A stretch of DNA of 64,000 nt from a candidate division WOR-3 bacterium (GTDB lineage Bacteria; Hydrothermota; Tepidihabitantia; SM23-42), in the NCBI GenBank assembly GCA_020353055.1, contig CP070686.1, forward strand, positions 1,323,160 to 1,387,159, in the 5' to 3' direction. The translations under genes were made by a program, and so were the position numbers. The notes under the pieces were generated by a model that did no database searches, had not been told where the DNA came from, and was given only the letters and a program-made list of their open reading frames with translations. Positions 29,559 through 38,554 of this stretch are shown here, one piece after another; position 1 is the first letter of the stretch, and each line of letters starts with the position of its first letter.

Positions 29559-30935
29559 TCAAGAGCTCAGCAAATCAGCGTATAGCTGTGCATATTTCTT
29601 TGCGGATTTATTCCAGGAATAATCATATTCCATACACTGCTCAGAGAGCTTTCTGAAACGCTCGGGTTGCGAGAAAACCGCACGTGCTCTTTGTACTGCA
29701 TCGGCAAGTGCCCTGCCGCTGTAATCCAAAAAAAGAAATCCATTACCAGACATCTTATTGATGTCAAATTCGTTGACCGTATCTGCTAATCCTCCGGTCC
29801 GACGAACAATAGGTACGGTGCCGTATCGTAAACTTATTAACTGGCCTAGACCACATGGCTCATACTTCGAAGGCATAAGGAAAAAATCACTGCCTGCATA
29901 TATCCGGTGCGCAAGTTTGTTGTCAAACTTGATGTTAACGCATAGACGACCGTGATATATATCCTGGAGTTTTAGCAGTTTGTGATGATACGATTCCTCA
30001 CCAAAACCGAGGATTATCATATTACAGCTCATTTTCATGATTTCATCCAGTGCACAGAGCAGAATATCAAATCCCTTCTGCCCTGCGATGCGAGACACCA
30101 TTCCGATTAGAGGCTTCTTTGGGTCGATACAGTAATCAGCACAGAGACGCGCCTTGTTGTGCTCTTTACCGTCGAAGTCATCGTATTTTTCATATAACAT
30201 ATCGTCAGATTTGGGATTCCACTGTTGATAGTCAATCCCGTTGATAATGCCGTATAGATCTCGTGCCCGCGTCCTCAAGATTCCATCCAGTCCGAACCCT
30301 AAATCCGGCGTTTGAATTTCTTCTGCGTAATTTTCCGAGACGGTTGTGACAATGTCTGCATGTACAATACCTGCTTTGAGAAAATTCATATCACCGTGAA
30401 ATTCCAGCCCGTCTGGAGAGAAGTATTTTTTCTCAATACCGAGTATCGGGAATTTGCTGTGCGAAAATCTCCCCTGATAACCGAGATTGTGTATGGTAAA
30501 AATACTGCGCGATCTTATTCCCTTCAACTTCAAGTAGAGTGGTATCAAACCTGATTGCCAGTCATGGCAATGGACGATGTCAAATAATTCTTTTTCCACG
30601 GCCATAATTGCCGCCTTGCAGAAGAAGGTAAAACGCTCGCAATTGTCTGGAAAATCACCCTCCGAGTCACCATACAGACCGTCTCGCAGAAAAAAATCTG
30701 GATTGTCGACGAACAGGTTTTTCCCATGGCGGTAAAAATCCACCCTGCGCTTGCCCGATATGTCGATAGTAGAGGACCATTCTTTCTGTCCCTCCATACC
30801 TTTATACCGAGGCATGATTATTGTTGGTTCGATACCCAAAGAAGTCAGTGAATGTGGTAAGGCGCCCACAACATCTGCCAGACCACCAGTTTTTGCATAC
30901 GGTACGGCTTCTGATGCAATAAATGCAATCTTCAT
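29559..30935 (-). CDS. glgA: glycogen synthase
   Basis: MKIAFIASEAVPYAKTGGLADVVGALP, and YEPCGLGQL near the C-terminus. Confidence 0.9.
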   Translation of the reverse strand: MKIAFIASEAVPYAKTGGLADVVGALPHSLTSLGIEPTIIMPRYKGMEGQKEWSSTIDISGKRRVDFYRHGKNLFVDNPDFFLRDGLYGDSEGDFPDNCERFTFFCKAAIMAVEKELFDIVHCHDWQSGLIPLYLKLKGIRSRSIFTIHNLGYQGRFSHSKFPILGIEKKYFSPDGLEFHGDMNFLKAGIVHADIVTTVSENYAEEIQTPDLGFGLDGILRTRARDLYGIINGIDYQQWNPKSDDMLYEKYDDFDGKEHNKARLCADYCIDPKKPLIGMVSRIAGQKGFDILLCALDEIMKMSCNMIILGFGEESYHHKLLKLQDIYHGRLCVNIKFDNKLAHRIYAGSDFFLMPSKYEPCGLGQLISLRYGTVPIVRRTGGLADTVNEFDINKMSGNGFLFLDYSGRALADAVQRARAVFSQPERFRKLSEQCMEYDYSWNKSAKKYAQLYADLLSS

Positions 30936-30987
30936 CTCTGTCCCTGGCTGGAATTAGCGGGAATACAAGTGATAATGATCACCCCGG

Positions 30988-31989
30988 TTAAATTATATTC
31001 TTTAGATATGCTGCCGAATCTTCGGGTCCAGTTGGATTTATGTAGAAACCTGTCCCCCATTCAAAACCGGCAATATGTGTGAGAACGGGTATTATCTCAA
31101 GATGATAATGATAGAAATCGATGCCCCTCATCGTTATGGGAACGGTATGAATTATGTAGTTATAAGGAGGCGTATTGAGCGCCTTTTTTAAGCGCATCAG
31201 ACAATCCTTCAGAATAGCAGCCAGGTCTTTTAACTCTTCCGGTGTAGCATCTTCGAAATTAGACCGGTGGTTTCGAGGAAGTATCCAGCATTCAAACGGA
31301 AATCGCGGCGCGAAGGGACACGTGAGGATGAACGAATTGTTTTCGCTTATCAGTCTTTTTCTTACCTTCGTTTCCTGGACGACGATGTCACAGAATATGC
31401 AGCGCTCACGATATTCAAAATAACGTTTTGCGCCGTCCATTTCTTCCATTACCCTTTTGGGAACGACCGGTGTCGCAATAAGCTGCGAGTGGCTGTGTTC
31501 CAGTGAAGCCCCGGCAGCCGCTCCGAAGTTTTTAAAGATCATAACATAACGGAGACGCTCATCTTTTTTCAAATCGAGTGTCCTGTGTTGATACGCATGC
31601 ACGACATCCTCGAATCCATCAAGGTCCATATCAGCCAGGTCTTTATCGTGATCCGGCGTCTCGATGATGACTTCATGAGCACCGATACCGTTCATCCGGT
31701 CATATATGCCTTCGCCTCGCCGGTCTATTTCACCCTCGATCCTCAAAGCGGGGAATTTATTAGGTATGACGCGTAGTTTCCAGCCAGGTGTATTCGGAGC
31801 GGAATCCCTCGCCCGGATTGCATATATCTCAGGCGGCGTAGCCGTTTCATTACCCGGACAGAAAGGACATTCCTTCGCCGTTATCTTCTTTGTCTCGGGA
31901 GAAGATTTGAAGTCTTTCGGCCGCTTCGCACGCTCGGTAGATATGATTACCCAGCGGCCTAAGACGGGGTCTTTCCGAAGCTCTGGCAT
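30988..31989 (-). CDS. GalT-superfamily (HIT-like) hexose-1-phosphate nucleotidyltransferase/phosphorylase
   Basis: RKDPVLGRWVIIS, Zn motif CPFCPGNE, and active-site HSHSQL. Confidence 0.8.
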   Translation of the reverse strand: MPELRKDPVLGRWVIISTERAKRPKDFKSSPETKKITAKECPFCPGNETATPPEIYAIRARDSAPNTPGWKLRVIPNKFPALRIEGEIDRRGEGIYDRMNGIGAHEVIIETPDHDKDLADMDLDGFEDVVHAYQHRTLDLKKDERLRYVMIFKNFGAAAGASLEHSHSQLIATPVVPKRVMEEMDGAKRYFEYRERCIFCDIVVQETKVRKRLISENNSFILTCPFAPRFPFECWILPRNHRSNFEDATPEELKDLAAILKDCLMRLKKALNTPPYNYIIHTVPITMRGIDFYHYHLEIIPVLTHIAGFEWGTGFYINPTGPEDSAAYLKNII

Positions 31990-31997
31990 GACCCTGT

Positions 31998-33953
31998 TTA
32001 TTCTTCGCTATCGGTCTGCGGTTCCGAGGTTTCCTCAGCTTCGGGCAACAGTATCTGTATATCGGCCTCTTCTCTGATCCTATCAAGGAAGCTAGAGGCG
32101 AGTTCACTCTGCTGCTGACGCTTAATACGGGATTCTATGATATGTCTTACTTCATCCAGGCTTCTGTAGTGTTCAGGATAGTGTTCGACCATCTTTATGA
32201 TAGTCCACGTATTTTCTTTGACGCTGAAGACATTACTGATTTCACCAATGCCCAAGCTGAACAGGACCTTATCGTAGTCCTCGCCCATCATTCCCCTGCG
32301 AATGAGTCCAGTCTCACCACCTCTTATATTCGTTGGTCCTATCGAATATTCTGCGGCGAGCGAATCAAAGGCTTCGGGTTTGGCAATAGCCTCTCCGTGT
32401 ACCTTTTCTGCCAATTCCTTCGTATCAAGCAGTATCTCGTGAACGCGAGCTGATTCGGGTATTTTGAACTCTTCGATCTGCTCGTTATAGTTCTTTTCGA
32501 CCTCTGCAGAGTCGATGACTATCGCATCGAGCACTACCTTCTGATATAAACCCTGATCCATGATGGTCTTCATTACATCCTTGAATTGCATGAAATAGCC
32601 ATCGTGCAGGAAATACTTATTACGCCAGGCCAATTCTAACCTTAATTCCTCGTCGAAGATAATATTGAGCAATTCTTCAACCTTATCTGGCTTTGATAGG
32701 TCGACCTTTGCAAATCGCGGGGCCATTGCATCATTTCTCTGTACTGCTTGAACCCACGTAATTTTCCTACCGTTGATCTCGGCGATCGTGACATCTTTAC
32801 TCTGATCAGTCGTATCCTTCAGAACCGCGATGATTGAATCATCATATATGCGGATTTTCGCCTTTTTTCTCAATCTCTTATTGAGTTCTTCCTCCTCTTT
32901 CTCGATGTTTTGGGTCCTGACTTGGGCTTCGATCTGTTTTGCCACTTCATCGAATTCACGATACTGCTCGGGTTTGTGGGAGGTGATGTAGTATATGCCG
33001 AACTTCCCGTCAAAGGGAACGACATTTGTGAGTGTATTAACCTCTGTATTGAAAATCACCGTATCAACGTTCGCTGGCTTTCGACCAGGATAGACAATAC
33101 CCATGAGACCGCCATTGCGCGCGCTTGTCTCGGTCGAGTACTGTTTGGCTAACGTGTCAAAGCTGGCGATGTCCCTACTGAGAGAATCAAACAAAAATTG
33201 GGCGAGAGTATCCGATTCGACAACGATCTCTTTTCCCATTACTTGCTCGCGGACGATGTACTTGTCCTTGTTCTCCTTGTAGTATTTTTTCATCTGTTTT
33301 TCTGTCGGGTCAGCTCTCTTGATTACTTCCGAAGCACGTACTTCTTCAAGGAGCAGTGTTCGGTTTCTCGTGAGGAAATTGGTCTCGAAGAACTCTGTTT
33401 CGATAACGCCGTGTTTAACCGCATTCGCGAAAATAAGACGCTCCGTTATCATCTGTTCGAGCACTGCTTTCTCGTCGGGACGTGCGAACTGCCCACCCCT
33501 TCCAGTTCTTTCATCAAGTTCCAGACGCGTTATGTTGTAGCCATCTATGACTGCGACGTAATCCTGGTAGTTCTTTTTGAAACAACGTTCAACACCATTC
33601 AGTGAAAAAGAATCGAGGGGAGCTTTACGGAAACGCGTCGCCACGATTTCATACATTCTTGCAGAATTAAGGTAATCTTCTTCTATTTCCAGAACCTGCG
33701 CGAGTCGGTAATATGCCCAGCCGTTCTTATGCTTATAATTATCAACTACGTCCTGATATACCTCTGCAGCATGCTGAAAATCCAGCAATTTGCTGTAATA
33801 AATATCGCCCTTTTCAATCTTCCACTGATACGTGTCTTTGTTCTTTTGTATCATCTCTTCGCAATATCGCAGTGCTTCATCGTATTGTTCGTTCATTACT
33901 AAGTTAACATATTCCTGCGGCAGTGCGAAGAAAAGCGCCAATATTATGAACAT
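31998..33953 (-). CDS. SurA/PpiD-like periplasmic peptidyl-prolyl isomerase with TPR-like N-terminus
   Basis: 651 aa with two parvulin-like segments (SARNGGLMGIVYPG; IRGGETGLIRRGMMGEDYDKVLFSL). Has a signal/anchor peptide. Confidence 0.75.
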   Translation of the reverse strand: MFIILALFFALPQEYVNLVMNEQYDEALRYCEEMIQKNKDTYQWKIEKGDIYYSKLLDFQHAAEVYQDVVDNYKHKNGWAYYRLAQVLEIEEDYLNSARMYEIVATRFRKAPLDSFSLNGVERCFKKNYQDYVAVIDGYNITRLELDERTGRGGQFARPDEKAVLEQMITERLIFANAVKHGVIETEFFETNFLTRNRTLLLEEVRASEVIKRADPTEKQMKKYYKENKDKYIVREQVMGKEIVVESDTLAQFLFDSLSRDIASFDTLAKQYSTETSARNGGLMGIVYPGRKPANVDTVIFNTEVNTLTNVVPFDGKFGIYYITSHKPEQYREFDEVAKQIEAQVRTQNIEKEEEELNKRLRKKAKIRIYDDSIIAVLKDTTDQSKDVTIAEINGRKITWVQAVQRNDAMAPRFAKVDLSKPDKVEELLNIIFDEELRLELAWRNKYFLHDGYFMQFKDVMKTIMDQGLYQKVVLDAIVIDSAEVEKNYNEQIEEFKIPESARVHEILLDTKELAEKVHGEAIAKPEAFDSLAAEYSIGPTNIRGGETGLIRRGMMGEDYDKVLFSLGIGEISNVFSVKENTWTIIKMVEHYPEHYRSLDEVRHIIESRIKRQQQSELASSFLDRIREEADIQILLPEAEETSEPQTDSEE

Positions 33954-33976
33954 CTAGCCTCCTTTCGTGAGTGTTT

Positions 33977-34004
33977 ATTTTATATAAATATCATCTACTG
34001 TCAA
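33977..34004 (-). promoter_or_regulatory. sigma70-type promoter (TTGACA-N16-TAAAAT) for the PPIase-galT-glgA-rubredoxin transcription unit
   Basis: Minus strand reads TTGACA gtagatgatatttata TAAAAT. It sits back to back with the plus-strand promoter at 34008. Confidence 0.4.
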
Positions 34005-34007
34005 GCA

Positions 34008-34036
34008 TTGACAAATCGCTTTACAAAACGCATAAT
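34008..34036 (+). promoter_or_regulatory. sigma70-type promoter (TTGACA-N17-CATAAT) for ABC transporter operon
   Basis: Its position argues for ATG 34055 as the start, not track start 33971. Confidence 0.45.
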
Positions 34037-34054
34037 ATGTGTATATTTTATGCA

Positions 34055-34822
34055 ATGCAATCGGCAATAGAACTCAAGAATATCAAACGCAGTTTCAAGA
34101 ATCACTTCTGGCAGAGGAAAAGGGAGGTGCTGAAAGGTATTTCCCTGGAAATACGCACAGGTGAAGTATTTGGTTTTATTGGGCCTAATGGTGCAGGAAA
34201 GACAACAACCATAAAGATAATCACCGGTCTGATAGAGCCAGACTCCGGGAGCGTGAGCATATTTGGCATGAACCCCCACTCATTGAAGGCAAAGCAGCGC
34301 ATTGGATTTCTGCCTGAATCTCCCTACTTCTACGAACACCTGACCGGCTATGAATTTCTGAACATACACGCGCGGCTCGGGAACTTATGCAATCATAAAG
34401 AGAAAACAGTAACCCTGCTCGAGCGTGTGGGACTGAAAGATTCTCTGAATGTCCAGCTGAGATTTTATTCGAGAGGCATGCTGCAGCGTATCGGCATCGC
34501 GCAAGCCATGATAGGTTCCCCAGAGTTATTAATTCTTGACGAACCTTTAACCGGCCTCGATCCGATCGGACGCAAGGAAATAAAAGACCTGATATTGGCA
34601 GAAAAGGATAAGGGGACAACGATCTTCTTCTCATCGCATATCTTACCTGACGCAGAAGCGGTCTGTGACCGAATCGGTATCGTGATCGAAGGACAGATCA
34701 GAGAAATCGGTGATCTATCCGCATTGCTCAAGAAAGGTCTGAGCGCGGATAAAATAAGCCTCGAGGATTGGTTTGTTGAGCAAGTGCAAAGAGAAACTGA
34801 GGACGTGAGAACGGATGAATGA
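34055..34822 (+). CDS. ABC transporter ATP-binding protein
   Basis: Walker A GPNGAGKTT, a signature-like YSRGMLQR, and Walker B LILDEP. Confidence 0.85.
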   Translation: MQSAIELKNIKRSFKNHFWQRKREVLKGISLEIRTGEVFGFIGPNGAGKTTTIKIITGLIEPDSGSVSIFGMNPHSLKAKQRIGFLPESPYFYEHLTGYEFLNIHARLGNLCNHKEKTVTLLERVGLKDSLNVQLRFYSRGMLQRIGIAQAMIGSPELLILDEPLTGLDPIGRKEIKDLILAEKDKGTTIFFSSHILPDAEAVCDRIGIVIEGQIREIGDLSALLKKGLSADKISLEDWFVEQVQRETEDVRTDE

Positions 34823-34874
34823 GTTGATTCATAACATTAATTGTAAGGCAACTATTTCGATATATTAGAATAAA

Positions 34875-35642
34875 ATGAACAGGATTAAAGCAGTTTTTGA
34901 AAATACTTTTAAAGAAGCGCTGCGACAGCGAATCCTTGCGCTGCTGGCACTTTTCGCTTTATTATTGATCATTGTCTCGGTTTTTCTTGAACCCTTTGCT
35001 CTCGGCGAAGCTCCGAAGATAATGCGTGACTTCGGTCTAGCGGCCGCTTCACTCTTCGGTGTACTCACGACGGTAATCATTGGCTCGACTCTGATCCACC
35101 GGGACATCGAAAAAAGGACTATTTACACCGTTTTGTCCAAGCCAATACGCAGGGGCGAAATCGTGTTTGGCAAATTCCTGGGCCTCGGTGGACTCGTTGC
35201 ACTGCTCGTCCTGGCTATGCTATTGATACACCAGGTCGTGCTCTTCATCTACGAAGGTAATTTCGCCCCCCATCTATTGATTGCATTCCCGTTCACGATT
35301 ATTGAGGTATCGGTCATTCTCGGCATTCTACTTCTCTTCTCCTCTTTTTCCTCGAGTACGCTAACTTCCATCATGGGAGTCATCTTCTTTATAGTTGGAC
35401 ATGCAATGCCTGATTTGAAACTATTCGCAGAGAGCACAAAGGTTGAGGCTCTCAAGTACATTGCGTATGCATTCTACTACCTCCTCCCCAACCTCGAGAA
35501 TTTCAACCTGCGCAGCGAGCTGGCTTATAATTTGCCCCTGCTTGCTGACCAGATAGTCTTTTCTGTGTGCTATGGGCTGATCTACACTATGTTTCTCATT
35601 TACATAACAACACTGGTATTCGAACGCCGTGAATTCAAGTAA
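34875..35642 (+). CDS. ABC-2-type transporter permease
   Basis: 255 aa with 6 TM segments, downstream of the ATPase. Confidence 0.7.
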   Translation: MNRIKAVFENTFKEALRQRILALLALFALLLIIVSVFLEPFALGEAPKIMRDFGLAAASLFGVLTTVIIGSTLIHRDIEKRTIYTVLSKPIRRGEIVFGKFLGLGGLVALLVLAMLLIHQVVLFIYEGNFAPHLLIAFPFTIIEVSVILGILLLFSSFSSSTLTSIMGVIFFIVGHAMPDLKLFAESTKVEALKYIAYAFYYLLPNLENFNLRSELAYNLPLLADQIVFSVCYGLIYTMFLIYITTLVFERREFK

Positions 35643-35668
35643 GCGGCTCTAAACTGTACGGGCCATAA

Positions 35669-36496
35669 ATGGTCAAAAAGATCGTCATTGCGTGTCTACT
35701 CTTGATAGTGATAGTAAATTTCGCCTACCGTATCGACATCAAGAAAACGCCTCACGAACTTGTCGACGAACTGATGTACTTCCCGTCAGGGTTTGCGCTA
35801 CGGGCATTATCCGTGGGATTTCGTGTACCGATGGCCGACCTCGTATGGTTAAGATTTATCCAATATTACGGCGAACACCGAATGACCGACGCGAGATTCG
35901 AGTTGATGTATCATATACTGGATATCCTGACGAATCTTGATCCTAAATTCCTATACGCCTATACGCTGGGCGGTCTGATGCTGACACACGATGCCGAGAG
36001 ACCGGATCAGGCCGGGGATTTACTGAAAAAAGGAATGTATCTCAATCCTGAAGAGTGGAGAATTCCCTTCATATATGCATTTGTCAACTACATCTTTCTA
36101 AAGGAATACGGAATAGCACAGAGGTATTTTCGCCTAGCAACGACCAAACCGGATGCACCCGACATGGTGAAACGTTGGTACGCATTCATTACATATCTCA
36201 AGATCGGCGACCTGAAGACATCGCTTGCGCTATGGATGGACCTTTACAACAGCACGCAGAATCCCGAGGAGAAGGAAATCGCGGCGATCTATATACAAAG
36301 TATTAAAATGCAGATGGATATTGAATTCCTATCGCAGAAAATACAGGAATTCAGGCAAGAATTGGGTTACCCGCCTTCCAAGATATCTGATTTATTGAAT
36401 GCCGGCTTGATTAAGGAATTGCCCGAGGAACCGCACGGTGAACGCTACTACATCAAAGACGGAAAAGCCCATTCCACATGGAAACGAGGTATATAA
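35669..36496 (+). CDS. hypothetical membrane-anchored helical-repeat protein
   Basis: N-terminal TM helix, then TPR-like helical repeats. I recognise no family. Confidence 0.4.
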   Translation: MVKKIVIACLLLIVIVNFAYRIDIKKTPHELVDELMYFPSGFALRALSVGFRVPMADLVWLRFIQYYGEHRMTDARFELMYHILDILTNLDPKFLYAYTLGGLMLTHDAERPDQAGDLLKKGMYLNPEEWRIPFIYAFVNYIFLKEYGIAQRYFRLATTKPDAPDMVKRWYAFITYLKIGDLKTSLALWMDLYNSTQNPEEKEIAAIYIQSIKMQMDIEFLSQKIQEFRQELGYPPSKISDLLNAGLIKELPEEPHGERYYIKDGKAHSTWKRGI

Positions 36497-36535
36497 CTAA
36501 ATGGCGGTGGTGGTCTAAACTTCCCCGCAGCGTGG

Positions 36536-36976
36536 CTAGGTCTTGCCTTTTGTCTCGAAATTCTCTTTTATTCCCTCAACCATCTGATTGAAACTATCGG
36601 CAACGTCGTGGATCGCATCTCCCTTTCGAAATTTCAACTTTACGGTATAGTCGCCGTTTTGTACCTTTTCCATGTACATCTTCAGTCTGAAAAGCGGGCC
36701 GGCAATGCGATGAGATATGAATACGCTGATGATAGCGAGCAGCAGAAAAGCAACCGGAAGGATTATGACAAACGGCTTTGTCGATGCTAGGATCAGTTCA
36801 CTGCCTGTTGGCGGCCTTCCATGAAGATCAATGAAATCGACGATCGAAGAAAGGAAGAAATAGTGGTTGATCAGGGTCGTGAGCAGTGTTGCAATGACGA
36901 CCAATAAGAGCAACGCGCCCAGCATTCTAAATTGAAACTTCCTGTGTATGATATAACGTCTTCTTTGAAGTTTCAT
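36536..36976 (-). CDS. membrane protein consisting of two TM helices plus a HAMP domain only
   Basis: RIAGPLFRLKMYMEKVQNGDYTVKLKFRKGDAIHDVADSFNQMVEGI matches the HAMP pattern. No output domain follows. Confidence 0.6.
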   Translation of the reverse strand: MKLQRRRYIIHRKFQFRMLGALLLLVVIATLLTTLINHYFFLSSIVDFIDLHGRPPTGSELILASTKPFVIILPVAFLLLAIISVFISHRIAGPLFRLKMYMEKVQNGDYTVKLKFRKGDAIHDVADSFNQMVEGIKENFETKGKT

Positions 36977-36989
36977 TTCATACCTCTTT

Positions 36990-37547
36990 CTATGGAAGAA
37001 CTAGCTGAATAGGCTGTTCAGAGCCATATCCCGTGATTATGTATGATTGAGCAGCTTGACCAGGTATACTGGGCGCGACGCCGTCGATCTGGTATCCGGA
37101 ATAGTAAATACAACCCCGAGGGCCGGCTGGTGGAGCCGGCGGTACAGGCGGTGGTGCAACCAGAAGATTCTCGACGACATTATCAGTTGGAGTGAATGGA
37201 TTCTTCAACCCCGGATGGGGTCTGAGCAGTGCGGTTGGTGGAAATGGAGGTACACGTGTGTTCGCTGCCAGTGATAGAACGGCAACGGCTGGACCTGCAC
37301 CGGGATTAACCTGTCCCACGCGCGTATCGAGGTCACCTGGATAAGAACCATCGGCAAGAGTGTTGAATTCCTCTACTGCCGCCTGCATGGTGTGCATATT
37401 TGATTTAACGCTTGCCTCGAGGGCGCGATATCGGAGCGATATATAATTAGGTATCGCGATCGCCGCCAGAATGGAAATAACCACAACAACGACCATTAGT
37501 TCAATTAAAGTAAACCCCCCTTGTTTATTTTTATTGAATTCTTTCAT
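36990..37547 (-). CDS. type IV pilin-like protein (prepilin N-terminal methylation motif), proline-rich C-terminal half
   Basis: Begins MKEFNKNKQG/GFTLIELMVVVVVISILAAIAIPNY. I chose the start at 37547 behind the AAGGTGAA SD. Confidence 0.8.
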   Translation of the reverse strand: MKEFNKNKQGGFTLIELMVVVVVISILAAIAIPNYISLRYRALEASVKSNMHTMQAAVEEFNTLADGSYPGDLDTRVGQVNPGAGPAVAVLSLAANTRVPPFPPTALLRPHPGLKNPFTPTDNVVENLLVAPPPVPPAPPAGPRGCIYYSGYQIDGVAPSIPGQAAQSYIITGYGSEQPIQLVLP

Positions 37548-37590
37548 AGTATTCACCTTCATATTATATCCGTAAGATCTCAAAGCGCAA

Positions 37591-37624
37591 GGGGGAGAAG
37601 GGCTTGTTTATACCCTTCTCCCCC
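37591..37624 (-). terminator. perfect 12-bp GC-rich hairpin between the two pilin genes (attenuator/terminator-like)
   Basis: GGGGGAGAAGGG-N10-CCCTTCTCCCCC, followed on the minus strand by UUGCGCUUUG. Confidence 0.55.
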
Positions 37625-37650
37625 TGATTGAATATCAAGACGATCCGTTG

Positions 37651-38175
37651 TTATTGACCAGACGTTAGAGTAAGTGTGAGAATGTCATCGACGCCGTATC
37701 CGCTAATCACATAGCTCACGCAGTTGCTCGGAGATCCGATTGCAGCATTACCAGCTAGGTCCACGAAATCAGTATTGACTGAACCAGCCAGAAGGACAGC
37801 AAATGCAGGCGCTGGATGCACCGTTGCGGCCACATTGTTGGCAACGACAATCGGGTTCTTTATGGTAGTAGGCAACAAAGCGGGTAGAACAACGCCAGCA
37901 GAAGGTAGCGGGTCCACGCCAGCAATTGCCGTGAGATTGGTGCCTATGCCCGAAGCGGCCATAACTGTCTGTGCGAGACTTATCGGATAGAATCCTTCGG
38001 ACAACGTGGCAAAGTCCTCAATACCCAACTGTATCGTATGCATGTTGTTTTTCACCGATGCTTCTTTTGCACGTTTCTGCATGCTGATAAAGTTTGGTAT
38101 CGCGATTGCCGCCAAGATACCAATGATAACGACGACCACCATGAGCTCGATCAGGGTGAATCCTTTATTCTTCAT
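37651..38175 (-). CDS. type IV pilin-like protein (probable major pilin)
   Basis: Begins MKNKG/FTLIELMVVVVIIGILAAIAIPNF. GAGGAGG SD lies upstream of ATG 38175. Confidence 0.85.
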   Translation of the reverse strand: MKNKGFTLIELMVVVVIIGILAAIAIPNFISMQKRAKEASVKNNMHTIQLGIEDFATLSEGFYPISLAQTVMAASGIGTNLTAIAGVDPLPSAGVVLPALLPTTIKNPIVVANNVAATVHPAPAFAVLLAGSVNTDFVDLAGNAAIGSPSNCVSYVISGYGVDDILTLTLTSGQ

Positions 38176-38392
38176 TTTTTGCCTCCTCAGCAAAGAATGG
38201 TATGTATTTGTAGAGAATAATGTGCCCCCGAATAATGAAAGGTCGAAAACAATAACCCAGCTTAACCCTGAGGCTTTAGGACACTGACAACACGATTATT
38301 GAGGCCGAAACCCCGTCCCGATGCAAGAAAGCCACACCCATCTCATTGGAGAAACTAAATAGATTTTTAAAGAACAATTTACTTATTATAAT

Positions 38393-38408
38393 TGCAATAT
38401 CCATGCCA
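38393..38408 (-). promoter_or_regulatory. sigma54 (-24/-12) promoter
   Basis: Minus strand reads TGGCAT-ggata-TTGCA, against consensus TGGCAC-N5-TTGCW. It lies ~218 nt upstream of the pilin ATG and downstream of the sigma54 activator gene. Confidence 0.7.
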
Positions 38409-38459
38409 GGCTATCGCACGAAAAACTATTGAAATTGTGTGATATTTTAAAGAAAACAC

Positions 38460-38506
38460 TGTCTCATCTGCCTGGTTGTGTCTCATTGTGCAACACTTAA
38501 GTCTCA
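38460..38506 (-). promoter_or_regulatory. three spaced GTCTCA / (C/G)TGTC repeats, candidate enhancer (UAS) for the sigma54 activator
   Basis: cTGTCTCAt at 38460, gTGTCTCAt at 38479 and aaGTCTCAc at 38501. Spacing is 19 and 21 nt, and they lie 55-100 nt upstream of the -24 element. Confidence 0.4.
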
Positions 38507-38554
38507 CAGATAATAAGCATTTAAAAGACATTTCGTTATATGAAATCAGCACGG

